Positions 10,227-21,080 of a stretch of DNA of 64,000 nucleotides are shown here, one piece after another. Where the stretch lies: NCBI GenBank assembly GCA_965223155.1, contig CBDCVR010000014.1, positions 864,001 to 928,000 of the forward strand, read 5' to 3'. Position 1 is the first letter of the stretch; every line of letters starts with the position of its first letter. Position numbers and translations under genes: made by a program. The stretch is from Candidatus Multivoradales bacterium (GTDB lineage: Bacteria; Acidobacteriota; Thermoanaerobaculia; Multivoradales; JAHEKO01). The notes under the pieces were generated by a model. The model ran no database searches. It saw only the letters and a program-made list of their open reading frames with translations, and had not been told where the DNA came from.

Positions 10227-11312
10227 ATGGAATTCTTCGAAAACACCTTCTACGGCAACACGGTCGGCGAGTGGAGTCTGTGCTTCGCCACGATCCTGGG
10301 CGCGTTTCTCGTCGGCAAGGCGCTCTACTGGTTCACGACAACGGTCGTTCGCCGCGTGACCCGCAAGACCGAGACCCGGCTCGACGACATTGTCATCGAC
10401 ATGGTCGAAGAGCCAATCGTCTTCGCTGTCACCATCACCGGCATCTGGTACGGATTGCGCCAACTGTCTCTTTCCGATCGGGCCACAGAATGGGTGGGCG
10501 AAGGCCTACAGGTCCTTATCACGCTGGCCATCACCTGGCTCATCGCCCGCCTGCTGGAGGCCCTGTACCGCGAGTACCTAACGCCCCTGGCCGAAGCTTC
10601 GGAGACGGATCTCGACGACCAACTTCTGCCGATCCTCAACCGAGGCACCAAGATCGGGGTCTGGAGTCTGGGCATCATCGTCGCGCTCAACAATGCAGGC
10701 TACAACGTCGGCGCCATCCTCGCCGGATTGGGCATCGGCGGCCTGGCCCTGGCCATGGCGGCCAAGGACACCGTCTCGAACATGTTCGGAGGGGTCACGA
10801 TCTTCACCGACCAGCCGTTCATGATCAACGAGCGGATCAAGATTGAAGGTTTCGATGGCGTGGTCAAAGAGATCGGCATGCGGTCCACCCGGCTGGTCAC
10901 CGTCGAGGGCCGCCTGGTGACCATCCCGAACTCCATCTTCGCGGCTTCGCCGGTCGAGAACGTCAGCCGCGAGCCCTCGCGTCTGGTGATTCTGGATCTG
11001 GGCCTTACCTACGACACGCCCCCGGAGAAGATGCGCGAAGCGGTGGCAATCGTCGAGGCAATCATCCAAGACAGCCCGAACCTCGAAGACAAGCGGGTCG
11101 TCTCCTTCAACAACTTCGGTGATTTTGCCCTCAACATCTACATCCGTTACTTCATCCGCAAAGGCGCCGACATCTGGGCGATCAAGAGCGAGGTGAGCCT
11201 CGCGATCATGGAACGTTTCGCGGCCGCCGGCCTCGAGATGGCCTACCCCACCCAGACGATCTTCACCCACAGCGCCGACGCGGAAGCCGGCCCCGAAGGC
11301 TTGCAGGCCTGA
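10227..11312 (+). CDS. MscS family mechanosensitive channel
   Basis: LAGLGIGGLALAMAAKDT, GVVKEIGMRSTR, TIPNS, YPTQ motifs. Confidence 0.93.
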   Translation: MEFFENTFYGNTVGEWSLCFATILGAFLVGKALYWFTTTVVRRVTRKTETRLDDIVIDMVEEPIVFAVTITGIWYGLRQLSLSDRATEWVGEGLQVLITLAITWLIARLLEALYREYLTPLAEASETDLDDQLLPILNRGTKIGVWSLGIIVALNNAGYNVGAILAGLGIGGLALAMAAKDTVSNMFGGVTIFTDQPFMINERIKIEGFDGVVKEIGMRSTRLVTVEGRLVTIPNSIFAASPVENVSREPSRLVILDLGLTYDTPPEKMREAVAIVEAIIQDSPNLEDKRVVSFNNFGDFALNIYIRYFIRKGADIWAIKSEVSLAIMERFAAAGLEMAYPTQTIFTHSADAEAGPEGLQA

Positions 11313-11337
11313 GCCCGGCCACCGGATACCGACCCAA

Positions 11338-11940
11338 GTGATCGACACGATTCGCTACGGCCTGGCTCTGATGCTGCTCGTGACCCTGCCGTCGGCGGTC
11401 CTCTTCTGGTACCTGATCCATCCGCTGACCGACTTCTGGAAACGGATCGGGATGACCTGGACCTATGTGACGATGGCCGTCCTCGGGATCGGCCTCGCCG
11501 TGGCCCTGTGGCAGGTCCGAGAACCGATGACCGCGATTCGCTACCCGTTCCGATGGCCGCTGGCGGTTGCCGGCCTGGCCTTGTACGGCCTCGCCGCCGC
11601 CATCGAGGTCGCCTGCCGCAAGCATCTCAAGACCAGGATTCTGGTGGGCGCGCCCCAGCTCGGCGGCGACCCGACTCCGCTCCTGACCGAGGGGATCTAC
11701 GCCAAGACCCGCAATCCCCGATACCTGGGACTCATCATCGCGGTCTTCGGCCTGGCTCTCATCGCCCAGTACGCTAGCGTCTATCTGCTGGCGATCCTCT
11801 TCGTGCCGGCGCTCTATCTCGTCATCCTCCTGGAAGAACACGAGCTCGAACGGCGCTTCGGCCTGGAGTACCGTGAGTACCTGAAGACGGTTCCTCGCCT
11901 GTGGCCGAGGCTGGCGCCTCGCGCGCCGGACACCGCCTAG
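11338..11940 (+). CDS. Isoprenylcysteine carboxyl/phospholipid methyltransferase family membrane protein
   Basis: LLTEGIYAKTRNPRYLG and EE..L..RFG.EY.EY...VPR motifs. Confidence 0.85.
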   Translation: MIDTIRYGLALMLLVTLPSAVLFWYLIHPLTDFWKRIGMTWTYVTMAVLGIGLAVALWQVREPMTAIRYPFRWPLAVAGLALYGLAAAIEVACRKHLKTRILVGAPQLGGDPTPLLTEGIYAKTRNPRYLGLIIAVFGLALIAQYASVYLLAILFVPALYLVILLEEHELERRFGLEYREYLKTVPRLWPRLAPRAPDTA

Positions 11941-11967
11941 CTAGATCCGCGGATTGCGGTCCGGCGC

Positions 11968-11996
11968 TTGACATATTTCGATCTTTAGCTAAACAT
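11968..11996 (+). promoter_or_regulatory. Sigma70-type promoter for a leaderless ArsR gene
   Basis: TTGACA (11968-73), 17 bp, AAACAT (11991-96), 6 nt, ATG 12003. Confidence 0.6.
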
Positions 11997-12002
11997 GGAA
12001 CA

Positions 12003-12320
12003 ATGAACAAGGTCTTCAAGGCCCTCGCCGACCCAACCCGCCGCCGCGTTCTCGAGCTCCTGCGCGAAGGACCTAAGACAGCAGGCGAGCTGTCGGACGA
12101 GTTTCCGGTCTCGAAGCCCACGATGTCGGCTCACTTCGGAGTCCTCCGGGACGCCGACCTGGTCGCCACCGAGCGGCACGGCACCAGCATCCTCTACCGC
12201 CTCAAGATGTCGGTTCTGGAGGACGCCCTTCTCGCCTTCGCTCAGGCCGTCGGCGCAGCCAACCTCGCACCCAACGTCCCGGAGTCTCCACAGGCCAGAG
12301 AACGAAAGGAAACATCATGA
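12003..12320 (+). CDS. ArsR/SdpR-like transcriptional repressor
   Basis: VFKALADPTRRRVLELL..SKPTMSAHFGVL..G..I.Y winged HTH. Confidence 0.9.
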   Translation: MNKVFKALADPTRRRVLELLREGPKTAGELSDEFPVSKPTMSAHFGVLRDADLVATERHGTSILYRLKMSVLEDALLAFAQAVGAANLAPNVPESPQARERKETS

Positions 12321-12715
12321 AACTTCGCAACGCCCTGCTCCTTGCCGCCGGATTCCTCGCCCTGTCCTTCGCCGTCTCCCGCGCCTCGAGCGCCGGCGTC
12401 CTCGACGGCACCACCGCCAGACGCCTGGTCCAGATCGCCACGGGCCTCATCGTCGTCTACACCAGCAACCTGGCACCGAAGACGCTCGAGCCGCTGTCCG
12501 CGCGGTGCAGTCCCGCCCGGGCTCAGGCCGTGAAGCGCTTCAGCGCCTGGGCCCTGGTAGTGGGCGGCCTCGGCTACAGCCTGACCTGGCTCTTCGCGCC
12601 CATCGACGTCGCCAGGCCGGTCTCGATCGGAATCCTGGCATCGGCCCTCCTGCTCGTCCTGGGCCGGTGCGCGTGGACCCTGGCGACGCGGAATCGTTCC
12701 TCGGCCGAGACCTAG
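12317..12715 (+). CDS. Membrane protein with four predicted TM segments, coupled to the ArsR gene
   Basis: ATGA overlap; hydrophobic segments. Confidence 0.7.
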   Translation: MKLRNALLLAAGFLALSFAVSRASSAGVLDGTTARRLVQIATGLIVVYTSNLAPKTLEPLSARCSPARAQAVKRFSAWALVVGGLGYSLTWLFAPIDVARPVSIGILASALLLVLGRCAWTLATRNRSSAET

Positions 12716-12828
12716 TCCCAGCCGGATCGGTCCGAGCAGGCGCGCGCGGCGGACCGCATTTCTCGTCCGCAGGCAGCTCTCCGGTCCGCCTGCGCGACGC
12801 CCGAAACGGCGCCAAATGTTTTGCTACC

Positions 12829-13736
12829 ATGCCTCGGGTGGGGACGCCGAAGATCAGTGTCGTCATCGTCGCCTACGATATGCCGCCTCAGATCGCCCGC
12901 ACCCTCCGGTCCTTTGCGGCGACCTACCAACGCGGCGTAGGCGCCGATGACTACGAGGTGATCGTCGTGGACAACGGTTCGCCGACGCCAATCCAGAGCG
13001 ACTTTGTCCGCGCGTTCGGACCGAATTTCCGTTGCCTGAGAGTCGAGAACCCCCGACCCTCGCCGGTTGGCGCGATCAACGAAGGGGCCGCGCAAAGCCG
13101 CGGCGAGATCCTGGGTCTGGTCCTGGACGGCGCACGCCTCGCCACCCCAGGGCTGCTCAAGTACGCGAACCTCGCGTTCTCGATGCACGAAGACCCGACC
13201 GTCGCTACGCTCGCCTGGCATCTGGGACCGGCTCCCCAACAGGACTCCTACTTGACCGGCTTCGACTCCGAAGTCGAGAAGCGGCTGCTCGCCGGAATCT
13301 CTTGGCGACCCACGGCATCAGCGGCCAAGTGATCTCGATCGATGTCGAACCGCTCGTCGAGTTCTCCGACCCCCGCATCACCTTTCTCGGAGGCGACGCG
13401 CACAGCCTGGGAGAAGTGCTTTCGCAAGACCGGCTCGCGAAGCTGGCACATCCCTGGCTCGTCGTCGAAGACAGCAGCCACCGCTACGAGACATCAATGG
13501 CGGTGCTTCGATTCTTCGACGAGTGGCTCGTCTCGGGCGACTATCTCGTAGTTGAGGACGGCATCCTGTCCCAGTTCTCGGACCCGATGTACGAGAGGTA
13601 CGAAGACGGACCCAACCGAGCGGTAGCGGCCTTCCTGGAGAGCCATCCGGGCCGATACGAGATCGACGAAGAGCTCTGCGACCACTATGGCTACAACGCC
13701 ACCTTCAATCCCAACGGTTGGCTGCGACGCCGATAG
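12829..13736 (+). pseudogene. GT2 glycosyltransferase N-terminus joined out of frame to a CmcI-like methyltransferase C-terminus
   Basis: ISVVIVAY..YEVIVVDNGS frame stops at 13332; another frame from about 13305 gives VISID..LVVEDSSH..GDYLVVEDG..NPNGWLRR. Confidence 0.7.
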
Positions 13737-13982
13737 TCGCATTTGGCCGATTCTCGTTACCGGGACGCCGTCAGCCTGGCCGCTGGTTGCGCCCCACCAG
13801 CCCCAGGTCCCGAGTCCCAGAACCACGACCGCGGCCAGGACCGTCCCGCTGGAGTGCCGCGCCGAGAACGGGCAAGTCCGGCAATAGCGCCTGACCTGCT
13901 CCCTTTCTTGCCAGCGCTACTTGTGAGCGTCCCGATGGCGCTCGATTCCAAGTTCTTGAAGCACCTCGACGACCTTGACTGC

Positions 13983-14026
13983 CTATAAGCCGTAGAGTGC
14001 GGCCACGTCCTCCGGCACCTTGGTCA
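13983..14026 (-). repeat. Copy of the 3' end of the cupin gene (21081-21124)
   Basis: 13989-14026 identical to 21087-21124 (38 bp). Confidence 0.9.
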
Positions 14027-14144
14027 GCGCGCCCGCCAATCACGGCGATGCCGGCAACCGCGACTCATCGAGACGGCACCAGAAGATTCCCAGAAAACAG
14101 AGTTGGAACTTGGCTCTTTATCATAAGCAGGCTATGATCTAGCA

Positions 14145-14411
14145 ATGGACAAGAACGTCAAGCAGTACCTCGCCCGCATCGGGCGGCGTGGAGGACGCAA
14201 GAGCCGCCGAAAGCTCGACTCCGACACGGCCCGAGCCATGGTACACGTGCGCGAAGCGCGGCGTGCCTACAGGCGGTTCCATCCTCGGTGTTTCTGGTCC
14301 TTCGACCCCGACTACGTGGTCAACACATCGGATGTGCCTTGGGTGGCAGAGCAGCTCCGCAAACACGGCGGTCGGAAGGAATGGGAGGTCGCGGAAAAGC
14401 TATGCCCCTAA
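14145..14411 (+). CDS. Small basic protein, putative antitoxin/partner of downstream nucleotidyltransferase
   Basis: TATGAT-6nt-ATG leaderless start; CFWS motif; overlaps next gene. Confidence 0.75.
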   Translation: MDKNVKQYLARIGRRGGRKSRRKLDSDTARAMVHVREARRAYRRFHPRCFWSFDPDYVVNTSDVPWVAEQLRKHGGRKEWEVAEKLCP

Positions 14412-15184
14412 CCGAGTACCAAGCCCAGCTGGCTCGGCTCCTCTCCACGAACCGATCTCCCGATTCATTTCTAGCCGGCGGCGCCGCGATCCTGATCGAG
14501 CCTGACTCTCAGCGGTACAGCCGTGACCTCGACTACTTCCACGACTCACCAGCGCGGGTGGCCGAGGCCTTCCGCAACGACCGAGATCTACTCGTCGCAA
14601 ACGGCTATGCAATCGACATGGACCTCAATCAGCCCGGGTTCGTTCGGGCCGTCGTGCGCAAGGGTTCCGAGGCCACGAAGGTGGACTGGGCGCACGATTC
14701 GTCGTTTCGGTTCCTGCCCGCAGTGCGTGACCCGAGGGTGGGCTTTGCCCTGCATCCAATCGACCTCGCCGTCAACAAGATCCTGGCTCTTGCGGGCCGC
14801 GACGAACCGCGAGACGTTCTTGACACCGTGGACTTCCACAAACGGCTTCTGAGCCTGGGGATACTGTGCTGGGCGGCTTGCGGCAAGGATCCGGGTTTCA
14901 GCCCACTTTCACTCCTCGAGCTCCTGCGGCGGCGAGGCCGGGTTCGCCAGGACGACCTGGAGCGACTGAACCTTGCGCGGCAGGTCAACCTCCAAGAACT
15001 GAAACACGGCTGGCTCGAAGCGCTCGAATCGGTCGAGCCGTTCGCGGCCTCGCGGCCACCGGACGAGATCGGCTGCCTCTACTACAGCCCGGCCCAACGG
15101 GCCTTCGTCGATCCCCGCAAAGCGCCGGACGCCGTACCCCACTTCGGCCGCCCCGGCGGCCTCTTGCCACAAGTTCAGCAATAG
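14402..15184 (+). CDS. AbiEii-like nucleotidyltransferase (type IV TA toxin-like)
   Basis: FLAGGAA..RYSRDLDYF, NKILALAGRDEPRDVLD motifs. Confidence 0.8.
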   Translation: MPLTEYQAQLARLLSTNRSPDSFLAGGAAILIEPDSQRYSRDLDYFHDSPARVAEAFRNDRDLLVANGYAIDMDLNQPGFVRAVVRKGSEATKVDWAHDSSFRFLPAVRDPRVGFALHPIDLAVNKILALAGRDEPRDVLDTVDFHKRLLSLGILCWAACGKDPGFSPLSLLELLRRRGRVRQDDLERLNLARQVNLQELKHGWLEALESVEPFAASRPPDEIGCLYYSPAQRAFVDPRKAPDAVPHFGRPGGLLPQVQQ

Positions 15185-15390
15185 CGGCCAAGGGCACTCG
15201 GGCTGCAAGGAGACGCTCCTCGCCCACGAGACTCGCGGGGACGCACTGATCTGAGAATCGAGCGACCTTCAAGGTCGGCGAAGCTCATGAGGCGACGCCT
15301 GCAGACGACCAGCAACCGGAGAGGTCGGGCTCGTGCTGCGCCACCACGACGTGCTCGAAGCACCAGTCAGCACGCTAGAATCGCCCGGTC

Positions 15391-17673
15391 TTGATCGGCA
15401 GGAAGCTCGCCCACTATCAAGTGACCGCCAAGCTCGGTGAGGGCGGGATGGGCGAGGTGTTTCGAGCCACGGATACCAAGCTCGGACGCGAGGTAGCGCT
15501 CAAGGTGCTGCCCGAGGCGCTAGCCGAAGACGAGGGACGGCTGGCGCGCTTTCAGCGCGAGGCCAAGACCGTCGCCTCACTCAGTCATCCGAACATCGTC
15601 ACGATCTTCTCGGTCGAAGAGGACCAGGGCCTTCGTTTCCTGACCATGGAGTTAGTAGCCGGCAAGACGCTTTACGAGCTCTTGCCCCCCGACGGCTTTC
15701 CCCTGGACCGCTTGCTCGCCTTGGCGATTCCGATCGCGGATGCGGTCGCTGGAGCGCACGCCTGTGGCGTCGTTCATCGGGATCTGAAGCCCGCCAACGT
15801 GATGGTCGCCGATGAGAGCGATCTCGTGAAGGTGCTCGATTTCGGGCTGGCGAAGCTCACGGCGGCCGGCAACGGCGATCAAGACGATGCTTCGAGTCAG
15901 ATCGAGACCGCGACCCAGACGCAAGAGGGAACGATCGCCGGGACGCCACACTACATGTCTCCAGAGCAAGTTCGTGGCGACCGGATTGATCACAGGACCG
16001 ACATCTTCTCGCTCGGGGTGGTGCTTTTCGAGATGGCGACCGGAAAGCGCCCGTTCGAGGGCACGAGTGCGATCGAGCTCATGTCATCCGTGCTCAAGGA
16101 CCGTCCCCAGAGTCTGACCGAGATCAAGGCCGATCTTCCCAACCACTTGGGTCGAGTCATCGGCAGATGCCTCGAGAAGGCACCGAACGATCGGTATCAA
16201 ACCGCGCGCGACGTCAACAACGAGCTCAAGGCGCTACGTCGAGAGACCGCAGCTGCCACCGAGACCTCGATGGCAAGACCGGCACCCTCGCCCACCCCAG
16301 AAACGAGTAAAGCCGTCGCCGTTCTCCCGTTTGCCAACATGAGCCCCGACGCGCAGGACGAGTTCTTCAGCGATGGCCTCACCGAAGAGCTGATCAACGC
16401 GCTGGCGCGGGTGCCCGGCCTGCGAGTCGCTTCCCGATCGGCGGCCTTCCGCTTCAAGGAATCGAGCCAAGACGTGCGCTCGATTGGAGCCGAGCTAGGC
16501 GTCGGGTCGATCGTCGAGGGGAGTGTTCGCAGGGCTGGCGATCGCGTACGAGTCACGACCCAGCTGGTCGAAACCGGCACCGGCTACCAGGTCTGGTCGG
16601 AGCGCTACGACCGGATTCTGGACGACGTCTTCGCCCTCCAGGACGAGTTGACCGAGACCATCGTCGCCAAGCTTGAGGTGGACCTGACTCCGCTCGCCGC
16701 CGAGTCACGACCCCATCGGGCCAAGAACATCGCCGCCTACGATCTGTTCCTGGAAGGTCGATTCCATCTCGAGCTCCATACTCCGGATGGTTATGCTCGC
16801 GCCGCGGAGCTCTTAGAAAAGGCCAAGACCGCGGATCCCTCGTTCGCTCCGCCCTACGTCTGGCAGGCCTCGACCCTCGTCTACACCGCCAACTTCGGCC
16901 TCGCCCACCCCCGGGAGGTCATGCCGCTCGCCAAGGAGCTCGTGCTCAAGGCCGTCGAGCTGGACGAGAGGTCGGCCGAAGCGCAGATCGCGCTGGCTCT
17001 CGTCGCTCAGTACTGGGACTGGGACTGGGAGGCTACCGAAGCCGCGTACCTCCGGGCCCTGGAGCTGGCTCCCGGAGACTCCGTCACGCGCGCCTGGTAC
17101 GCGATCTTCCTGGCACGCTTCCCGCACCGATGGGACGACTGCAGGCACGAGGCAGTGCGAGCCGTCGAGCTGGACCCGACCGGGTTCGAGACGAACACGG
17201 CCTCTGCCCGGGCGCTTCTGGCAAACGATCTCGACCAGGCCCTAGCCTGTGCCGAAGCCGCAATCCGGTTCTATCCGGACCGCGCAATGTCGTATTTCAC
17301 GATGGGCGCGGTTCGCAACGAGCGGGGCGAATTCGAGGAAGCCCGCGAGAACCTCGAGCATGGCCGGAAGCTCGACCGGGTCTACCCTCTTGGCACCGCC
17401 CATCTGGCACACAGCCTAGGCCGACTCGGCGAAACAGATCGAGCGAAGAGCATCCTGGACGAGATGGTCCTTCCCGGCTCGGACTACCGCCCGGCGCTGT
17501 TTCAGGCTTGGGCCTGGGCCGGAATCGGCGACGTCGACCGAACTCTCGACCTTCTCGAGGAGGCCTTCGAGTGTCGCGACGGCGTGCTCACCTTCGTGCA
17601 CGTCTTGCGCACCTTCCAGCCGATCTGGGACGAGCCCCGCTTCCTCGAGTTGCGGCGGAAGGCCGGCTTCTAG
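15391..17673 (+). CDS. Ser/Thr protein kinase 1 (kinase + TolB-N-like + TPR)
   Basis: [28 protein letters not shown]; AVLPFANMS domain; helical repeats. Confidence 0.93.
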   Translation: MIGRKLAHYQVTAKLGEGGMGEVFRATDTKLGREVALKVLPEALAEDEGRLARFQREAKTVASLSHPNIVTIFSVEEDQGLRFLTMELVAGKTLYELLPPDGFPLDRLLALAIPIADAVAGAHACGVVHRDLKPANVMVADESDLVKVLDFGLAKLTAAGNGDQDDASSQIETATQTQEGTIAGTPHYMSPEQVRGDRIDHRTDIFSLGVVLFEMATGKRPFEGTSAIELMSSVLKDRPQSLTEIKADLPNHLGRVIGRCLEKAPNDRYQTARDVNNELKALRRETAAATETSMARPAPSPTPETSKAVAVLPFANMSPDAQDEFFSDGLTEELINALARVPGLRVASRSAAFRFKESSQDVRSIGAELGVGSIVEGSVRRAGDRVRVTTQLVETGTGYQVWSERYDRILDDVFALQDELTETIVAKLEVDLTPLAAESRPHRAKNIAAYDLFLEGRFHLELHTPDGYARAAELLEKAKTADPSFAPPYVWQASTLVYTANFGLAHPREVMPLAKELVLKAVELDERSAEAQIALALVAQYWDWDWEATEAAYLRALELAPGDSVTRAWYAIFLARFPHRWDDCRHEAVRAVELDPTGFETNTASARALLANDLDQALACAEAAIRFYPDRAMSYFTMGAVRNERGEFEEARENLEHGRKLDRVYPLGTAHLAHSLGRLGETDRAKSILDEMVLPGSDYRPALFQAWAWAGIGDVDRTLDLLEEAFECRDGVLTFVHVLRTFQPIWDEPRFLELRRKAGF

Positions 17674-17756
17674 ACCCAACCTAGAGCCCGACTCCCGCCT
17701 GGAGTCCCGCAATGCAGCCACGGGACTGCCCGTTGCCGCGTTAAGATCGCTGAGCT

Positions 17757-20069
17757 TTGATCGGCCAACGCCTGGCGCATTTCGAGGTAACCGCCAAGCT
17801 CGGCGAGGGCGGAATGGGCGAGGTCTACCGCGCCACCGATACCAAGCTGGGGCGTGAGGTGGCGCTCAAGGTGCTGCCCGCTGAGTTCGCCCGGGAGGCC
17901 GAGCGGGTCGAGCGATTCCGGCGCGAGGCGCAAGCGATCGCCGCTCTTAGCCACCCGAACATCGTCACGATCCACTCCGTGGAGGAGTCCGACGGCCGGC
18001 ACTTCCTCGTCATGGAGCTGGTCGAGGGCCAGACCCTGGACGAGCACACCGGGTCCCAACCGGTCCCTGTCCCCCGACTTCTGGCTCTGGTGACTCCGAT
18101 TGCCGAAGCTCTTGCGGCCGCGCACGAAAAAGGAATCGTCCACCGGGACTTGAAGCCGGGCAACGTGATGGTGACTGGAGATGCAGGAGTGAAGGTCCTG
18201 GACTTTGGCCTGGCCAAACAGGCCACCGCGGCGAACGACGAGTCGGCGCTGGCGACCCTGGCGGCGGACCTGACCTCGCCGGGGACGCTCGTCGGAACCC
18301 CAGCCTACATGTCGCCCGAGCAGGTGCGCGGTGAGCCGGCCGATGCTCGCTCGGATCTCTTCTCGCTGGGACTGATCATCCACGAGCTGGCGAGCGGTCG
18401 CCATCCGTTCCGGCGCAAGTCGCCGATGGAGACGGCGAGCGCCCTCCTGTCGGAACCAGCTCCCGCGCTGCTCGAAGTCGGGATCACCGCACCGCCACTC
18501 CTGGCACACCTGGTAGGTAAGCTCCTGGCCAAGCAGCCGAAGGACCGGTACCAGACAGCGCTCGGTCTCTTGAGCGACCTGCAGGCGCTGGCCGGCGCTA
18601 GCCCGGAGGCGAGTGCAACGGCACCAGACGCTTCGCGAGACCAGTTTTCCATCGCCGTTCTTCCGTTCCGCAACACGAGTGCCGATCCCGAGAACGACTT
18701 CCTCGCCGACGGCCTCGCCGAGGACCTGATCAACGATCTGGCCAGAATCGAGAGTATCAAGGTCGTGGCGCGGACCTCGGCCTTTCAGTTCCGCGGCAAG
18801 GACCTGGACATCCGCGAGATCGGCAGAAAACTAGGAGTCCGCACGATTCTCGAAGGCAGTGTGCGCGCCGCCGGCAAGAGGCTGCGGGTCACCGCGCAGC
18901 TCATCAACGTGGAAGACGGTTACCACCTCTGGTCAGATCGTTTCGATCGCGAGCAAGCCGACCTCTTCGACATCCAGGATGAGATCACCGCGGCCATCGG
19001 CGACCGGCTGCGAGCCACATTGGGTGGTGCCGGCGAAACCGCGCCGGCTGCGGTGGCATCGGCGGCGGCGACCCGACCAGGACCCGACCGCGACGCCGAG
19101 GCCCACACGGCCTTCATGAAGGGCCGGCACCGCATGATGGAGTTGACGCCCGTCGGAATGGAGAGCGCCAGGCGATACTTCGACAAGGCGCTCGAGATCG
19201 ATCCGTCCCATGCCGACACCCGCGCCGCGCTCTCGTGGCTGGCAATCAACTTGGCGCACTTCGGCGGCCAAGAGCCACAGCCGCTCTACGAGGAAGCCCG
19301 TTCACAGGCCGAGAGAGCTCTCAAGGTCTCCGACGCTATCGCCGATGCCCACGGCGGGCGCGGCTTTGTCCACATGTACGCGGATTGGAATTGGGCGGCC
19401 TCCGAGAAAGCGTTCTTGCGCGGTCTCGAGCTCGCACCCAACTCGGCGAGCCTCCATCTCTACTACGGTTGCCTGCTAAGTGTCATCGGCCGGCACGACG
19501 AGGCGGTCACCGTGATGTACCGCGCCCAGAGCCTCGATCCTTTGGCCGGAATCGTCAACGGCGCCGTGGCGCTGGCTTTACTCGGGGCCGGGCGATACGA
19601 CGAGGCCGTGCACGAGGCGACACGCGGCATCGACGGCGATCCTGACTACTGGCTGACCTACAGCCACCGGGGCCACGGTTACTACGTACTGGGCAACTTC
19701 GAGGAGTCAGCCGCCGACTATCAGGCTGCCTGGGAACGGAGCCAGGACCCATGGGCCCTAGGGGGTTGGATCTGCGCGCTGGATCAGGCCGGCCGCTCCG
19801 GCGAGGCGGCTCGGCGGCTCGCGCAGCTTCAGGGAATGGCCGACAGCCCGTTTGTGCGCCCTGTCCATTGGGCGCTACTCTTTCTCAACAGGGGAGAGTT
19901 GGATGAGGGGTTCGCCTGGTACGAGAAATCGCTCGACGCGCGCGACAGCCTGGTCCCGTGGATTCCGGAGTCGGCTTCCCTGCGCGGCACCCCGGCCGCG
20001 GCCGACCCGCGCTTCGAAGCCGCGCGCGAGCGGATGGGGATGCCCCCGCGGCCGATGGTTACGGCCTGA
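17757..20069 (+). CDS. Ser/Thr protein kinase 2 (kinase + TolB-N-like + TPR)
   Basis: HRDLKPGN, DFG, YMSPEQ; IAVLPFRN; TPRs. Confidence 0.93.
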   Translation: MIGQRLAHFEVTAKLGEGGMGEVYRATDTKLGREVALKVLPAEFAREAERVERFRREAQAIAALSHPNIVTIHSVEESDGRHFLVMELVEGQTLDEHTGSQPVPVPRLLALVTPIAEALAAAHEKGIVHRDLKPGNVMVTGDAGVKVLDFGLAKQATAANDESALATLAADLTSPGTLVGTPAYMSPEQVRGEPADARSDLFSLGLIIHELASGRHPFRRKSPMETASALLSEPAPALLEVGITAPPLLAHLVGKLLAKQPKDRYQTALGLLSDLQALAGASPEASATAPDASRDQFSIAVLPFRNTSADPENDFLADGLAEDLINDLARIESIKVVARTSAFQFRGKDLDIREIGRKLGVRTILEGSVRAAGKRLRVTAQLINVEDGYHLWSDRFDREQADLFDIQDEITAAIGDRLRATLGGAGETAPAAVASAAATRPGPDRDAEAHTAFMKGRHRMMELTPVGMESARRYFDKALEIDPSHADTRAALSWLAINLAHFGGQEPQPLYEEARSQAERALKVSDAIADAHGGRGFVHMYADWNWAASEKAFLRGLELAPNSASLHLYYGCLLSVIGRHDEAVTVMYRAQSLDPLAGIVNGAVALALLGAGRYDEAVHEATRGIDGDPDYWLTYSHRGHGYYVLGNFEESAADYQAAWERSQDPWALGGWICALDQAGRSGEAARRLAQLQGMADSPFVRPVHWALLFLNRGELDEGFAWYEKSLDARDSLVPWIPESASLRGTPAAADPRFEAARERMGMPPRPMVTA

Positions 20070-20218
20070 GAGACCGGCCGCGCCTGAGAACCACGTCTCC
20101 GCTTCTCTCCTCGAATCGCGCCTCCGTCGATCTACGAAGGCAAGTCGTGGCGGAAGCCTCTCGGGCTCGCTAGCGTCCAGGAGTTGCGTCCGCGAGGTGC
20201 CGGCGGTTGCGTGAAGCA

Positions 20219-20800
20219 CTAGGTTCCTCTGGCCTGATCGAGCAAGTCTTCGATACCGAGTCGCTTCGCCCACAGCTCGAGGTAGTCGAAGTCGAGGTCG
20301 GGCCCCTGGCTTTGCATGACGCCCAGGACATCGTCCCACTGGCGCTCCGAAGTCTCCCCGCCCAAACGAAACCACTGGAGCTTGCGCAGGATCGTGTCTT
20401 CGGCCGACTTCACGCGAAGCCGACGATCAGGTGCTGAGGGCAGACGAACTTCGCAGCTGCGCGACAGCTCCACCCGGTCGTAGGGCTCGGCACCGGCGAC
20501 GAACAGGTCGATCTTGACCCCACTGCCAAGGTGGATCACATTGAAACTAGCCCGACTTCGAACCGCTTCCCCGGCGGCTTCAGCATCACGGTAGTAGTCA
20601 TCTGGTAGCCGGTCCAGGAGCATGATGACCGAGGCTTCATCGAGATCGACGACGAAGTCGATGTCCTGAGTCTGTCTCGGAATCCCGTGAATCGAGCTGG
20701 CATAGGAACCGCCCAGATGGTACTCGATCCCCAACTCCGCGAACACCTCGACGACCTCGAGCGCCACCCGCAGCGTTTCCGGCTGCTCCGGAGTCATCAC
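20219..20800 (-). CDS. Pol-beta-fold nucleotidyltransferase-like protein
   Basis: LGGSYASSIHGIPRQTQDIDFV, KIDLF, EDTILRKL, RQWDD motifs. Confidence 0.8.
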   Translation of the reverse strand: MMTPEQPETLRVALEVVEVFAELGIEYHLGGSYASSIHGIPRQTQDIDFVVDLDEASVIMLLDRLPDDYYRDAEAAGEAVRSRASFNVIHLGSGVKIDLFVAGAEPYDRVELSRSCEVRLPSAPDRRLRVKSAEDTILRKLQWFRLGGETSERQWDDVLGVMQSQGPDLDFDYLELWAKRLGIEDLLDQARGT

Positions 20801-21039
20801 ACCGGGCCGTAAACACGCACCGCCAACTCGGGACCGAGAATCAAGTCGAACAGCCTCCGACGGAGGCGCTCGGGTGGATCCTCCGGGTAGCGCTGAGCGA
20901 GACCGGCCAGCGCCAAGAGGCGAGCGGTCTGGTTGGCGTCCTCGACCAGCTCGAGCTTACGCTCCGGCGGCATCTCGCGATAGATCTCAAGCTGTCGCCT
21001 TGCCGCCTCGGGCGAGGTGTCTCGCAGCGGAACTTCCAT
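20797..21039 (-). CDS. Small DTSP-motif protein, partner of nucleotidyltransferase
   Basis: DTSPEA..Y..M.P..KL; paralog at 31140; stop overlaps NTase start. Confidence 0.8.
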   Translation of the reverse strand: MEVPLRDTSPEAARRQLEIYREMPPERKLELVEDANQTARLLALAGLAQRYPEDPPERLRRRLFDLILGPELAVRVYGPV

Positions 21040-21080
21040 CGCGGTCGAGTCTACCGCGCACTACGGACCGGCAGTGCCGA

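Noticed and set aside
20148-20157. TGGCGGAAGC matching the selC 3' end
   Set aside because: Only 10 bp of GC-rich sequence with no flanking module; could be chance
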